Source: an uncultured candidate division Zixibacteria bacterium (GTDB lineage Bacteria; Zixibacteria; MSB-5A5; UBA10806). From it: a stretch of 64,000 bases of DNA. Position numbers and translations under genes: made by a program. Below are positions 63,016-64,000 of this stretch, in pieces. The notes beneath the pieces were generated by a model, which saw only the letters and a list, made by a program, of their open reading frames with translations, was not told where the DNA came from and did no database searches. Every line of letters begins with the position of its first letter. The stretch's first letter is position 1. Location of the stretch: contig CAWDFP010000008.1 of the NCBI GenBank assembly GCA_963801605.1, positions 1 through 64,000 of the forward strand, in the 5' to 3' direction.

Positions 63016-64000
63016 ATGGCAGATGTATTGAATAAAAATAGAAACGTTGCCGATATCGGCGACGACTATGAGTCGAAATACGGTTTCCATGATCCGGAGG
63101 AGTATTTCCATAAAGGCTCGAAAGGACTCAGTCACGAGGTGGTTGAGATGATCTCTCGTCTGAAAAAGGAGCCGGATTGGATGAGAGAATACCGTCATGA
63201 GGCGCTTGACATTTTCCTGGCCAAACCGATGCCGCGCTGGGGCGATACGGAGCTTCTCAACAGTATCGATTTTAGCGATATATTTTACTATGTCCGTCCG
63301 ATGGAAAACCAGGGTAAGAGCTGGGAGGATGTGCCCGAGAATATCAAAAAGACATTCGACCGCCTGGGAATCCCGGAGGCCGAAAAGAAATTTCTGGCGG
63401 GAGTCTCCGCGCAGTATGAGTCGGAGGTTGTTTACCACTCACTGAAAAAGGATTTGGAAAATCAGGGGATCATCTTTCTCGATATGGATAGCGGCCTTCG
63501 CGAGCATCCCGAAATCGTCAAAAAATATTTTGGTACCATAATACCATCGACAGACAACAAGTTTGCGGCGCTAAATTCCGCAGTCTGGTCCGGAGGTTCA
63601 TTTATCTATGTGCCTCCGGGAGTTGATGTCAAGATTCCACTGCAGGCTTATTTCAGAATCAATGCCCAGAATATGGGGCAATTCGAACGGACGCTGATTA
63701 TCGCCGATAAAGGCTCCCGCGTACATTATATCGAGGGCTGCACGGCGCCGAGCTATACTACCAATTCGCTGCATACGGCTGTCGTGGAGCTTATCGCCCT
63801 AGAGGGCTCTTATATTCGCTATACCACGATACAGAACTGGTCGCATAACGTTTTCAATCTGGTTACCAAGCGCGCTATGGCGTATGCCCATGCTACGGTG
63901 GAGTGGATTGACGGCAATATTGGATCGAAGCTTACCATGAAGTACCCTTGCGTTTATCTCGTTGGCGAAGGCGCCAAGGGCGAAATTCTTTCGATCGCGT
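63016..64000 (+). CDS. sufB: Fe-S cluster assembly protein SufB (runs off the window)
   Basis: Manual translation: [63 protein letters not shown]. Confidence 0.96.
   Translation, partial: MADVLNKNRNVADIGDDYESKYGFHDPEEYFHKGSKGLSHEVVEMISRLKKEPDWMREYRHEALDIFLAKPMPRWGDTELLNSIDFSDIFYYVRPMENQGKSWEDVPENIKKTFDRLGIPEAEKKFLAGVSAQYESEVVYHSLKKDLENQGIIFLDMDSGLREHPEIVKKYFGTIIPSTDNKFAALNSAVWSGGSFIYVPPGVDVKIPLQAYFRINAQNMGQFERTLIIADKGSRVHYIEGCTAPSYTTNSLHTAVVELIALEGSYIRYTTIQNWSHNVFNLVTKRAMAYAHATVEWIDGNIGSKLTMKYPCVYLVGEGAKGEILSIA

Noticed and set aside
62929..63445. 169-aa and 82-aa ORFs near the window end
   Set aside because: Shadows of sufB, which the track omits because it has no stop codon within the window.

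Overview
A 64-kb bacterial chromosomal segment, mostly housekeeping and metabolic genes: xerC, topA, rpoZ, gmk, yicC/yloC, RqcH/NFACT, ade, ftcD, tsaC, a ywlE-like phosphatase, manC, acyl-CoA synthetase, a DRG-type GTPase, AsmA, aconitase, Pat, porGDAB, dcd, ZIP, tag, pepA, rubrerythrin and rrf2-sufC-sufB. It also encodes large secreted proteins with a shared dockerin-like C-terminus, which suggests an FCB-related diderm such as candidate Zixibacteria (inference only). About 20 single-base frameshifts, some in essential genes, point to an indel-prone assembly, so split ORFs are rejoined here. No rRNA, tRNA, CRISPR array or transposase was seen. Main points of interest: (1) an AT-rich two-gene cassette (ParB-like/HEPN-like protein plus Dam-type methyltransferase) with its own promoter between topA and xerC, a candidate defence system; (2) a 9-PAS+GAF+LuxR one-component regulator followed by a palindromic operator, a near-consensus promoter and a ~410-nt GGA-rich non-coding stretch ending in a terminator, resembling a CsrB/Rsm-type sponge RNA; (3) several REP-like hairpin families with covarying stems and a two-copy REPIN/MITE-like element; (4) many D-(S/T)-hydrophobic motifs in secreted proteins, matching the Bacteroidota O-glycosylation motif.
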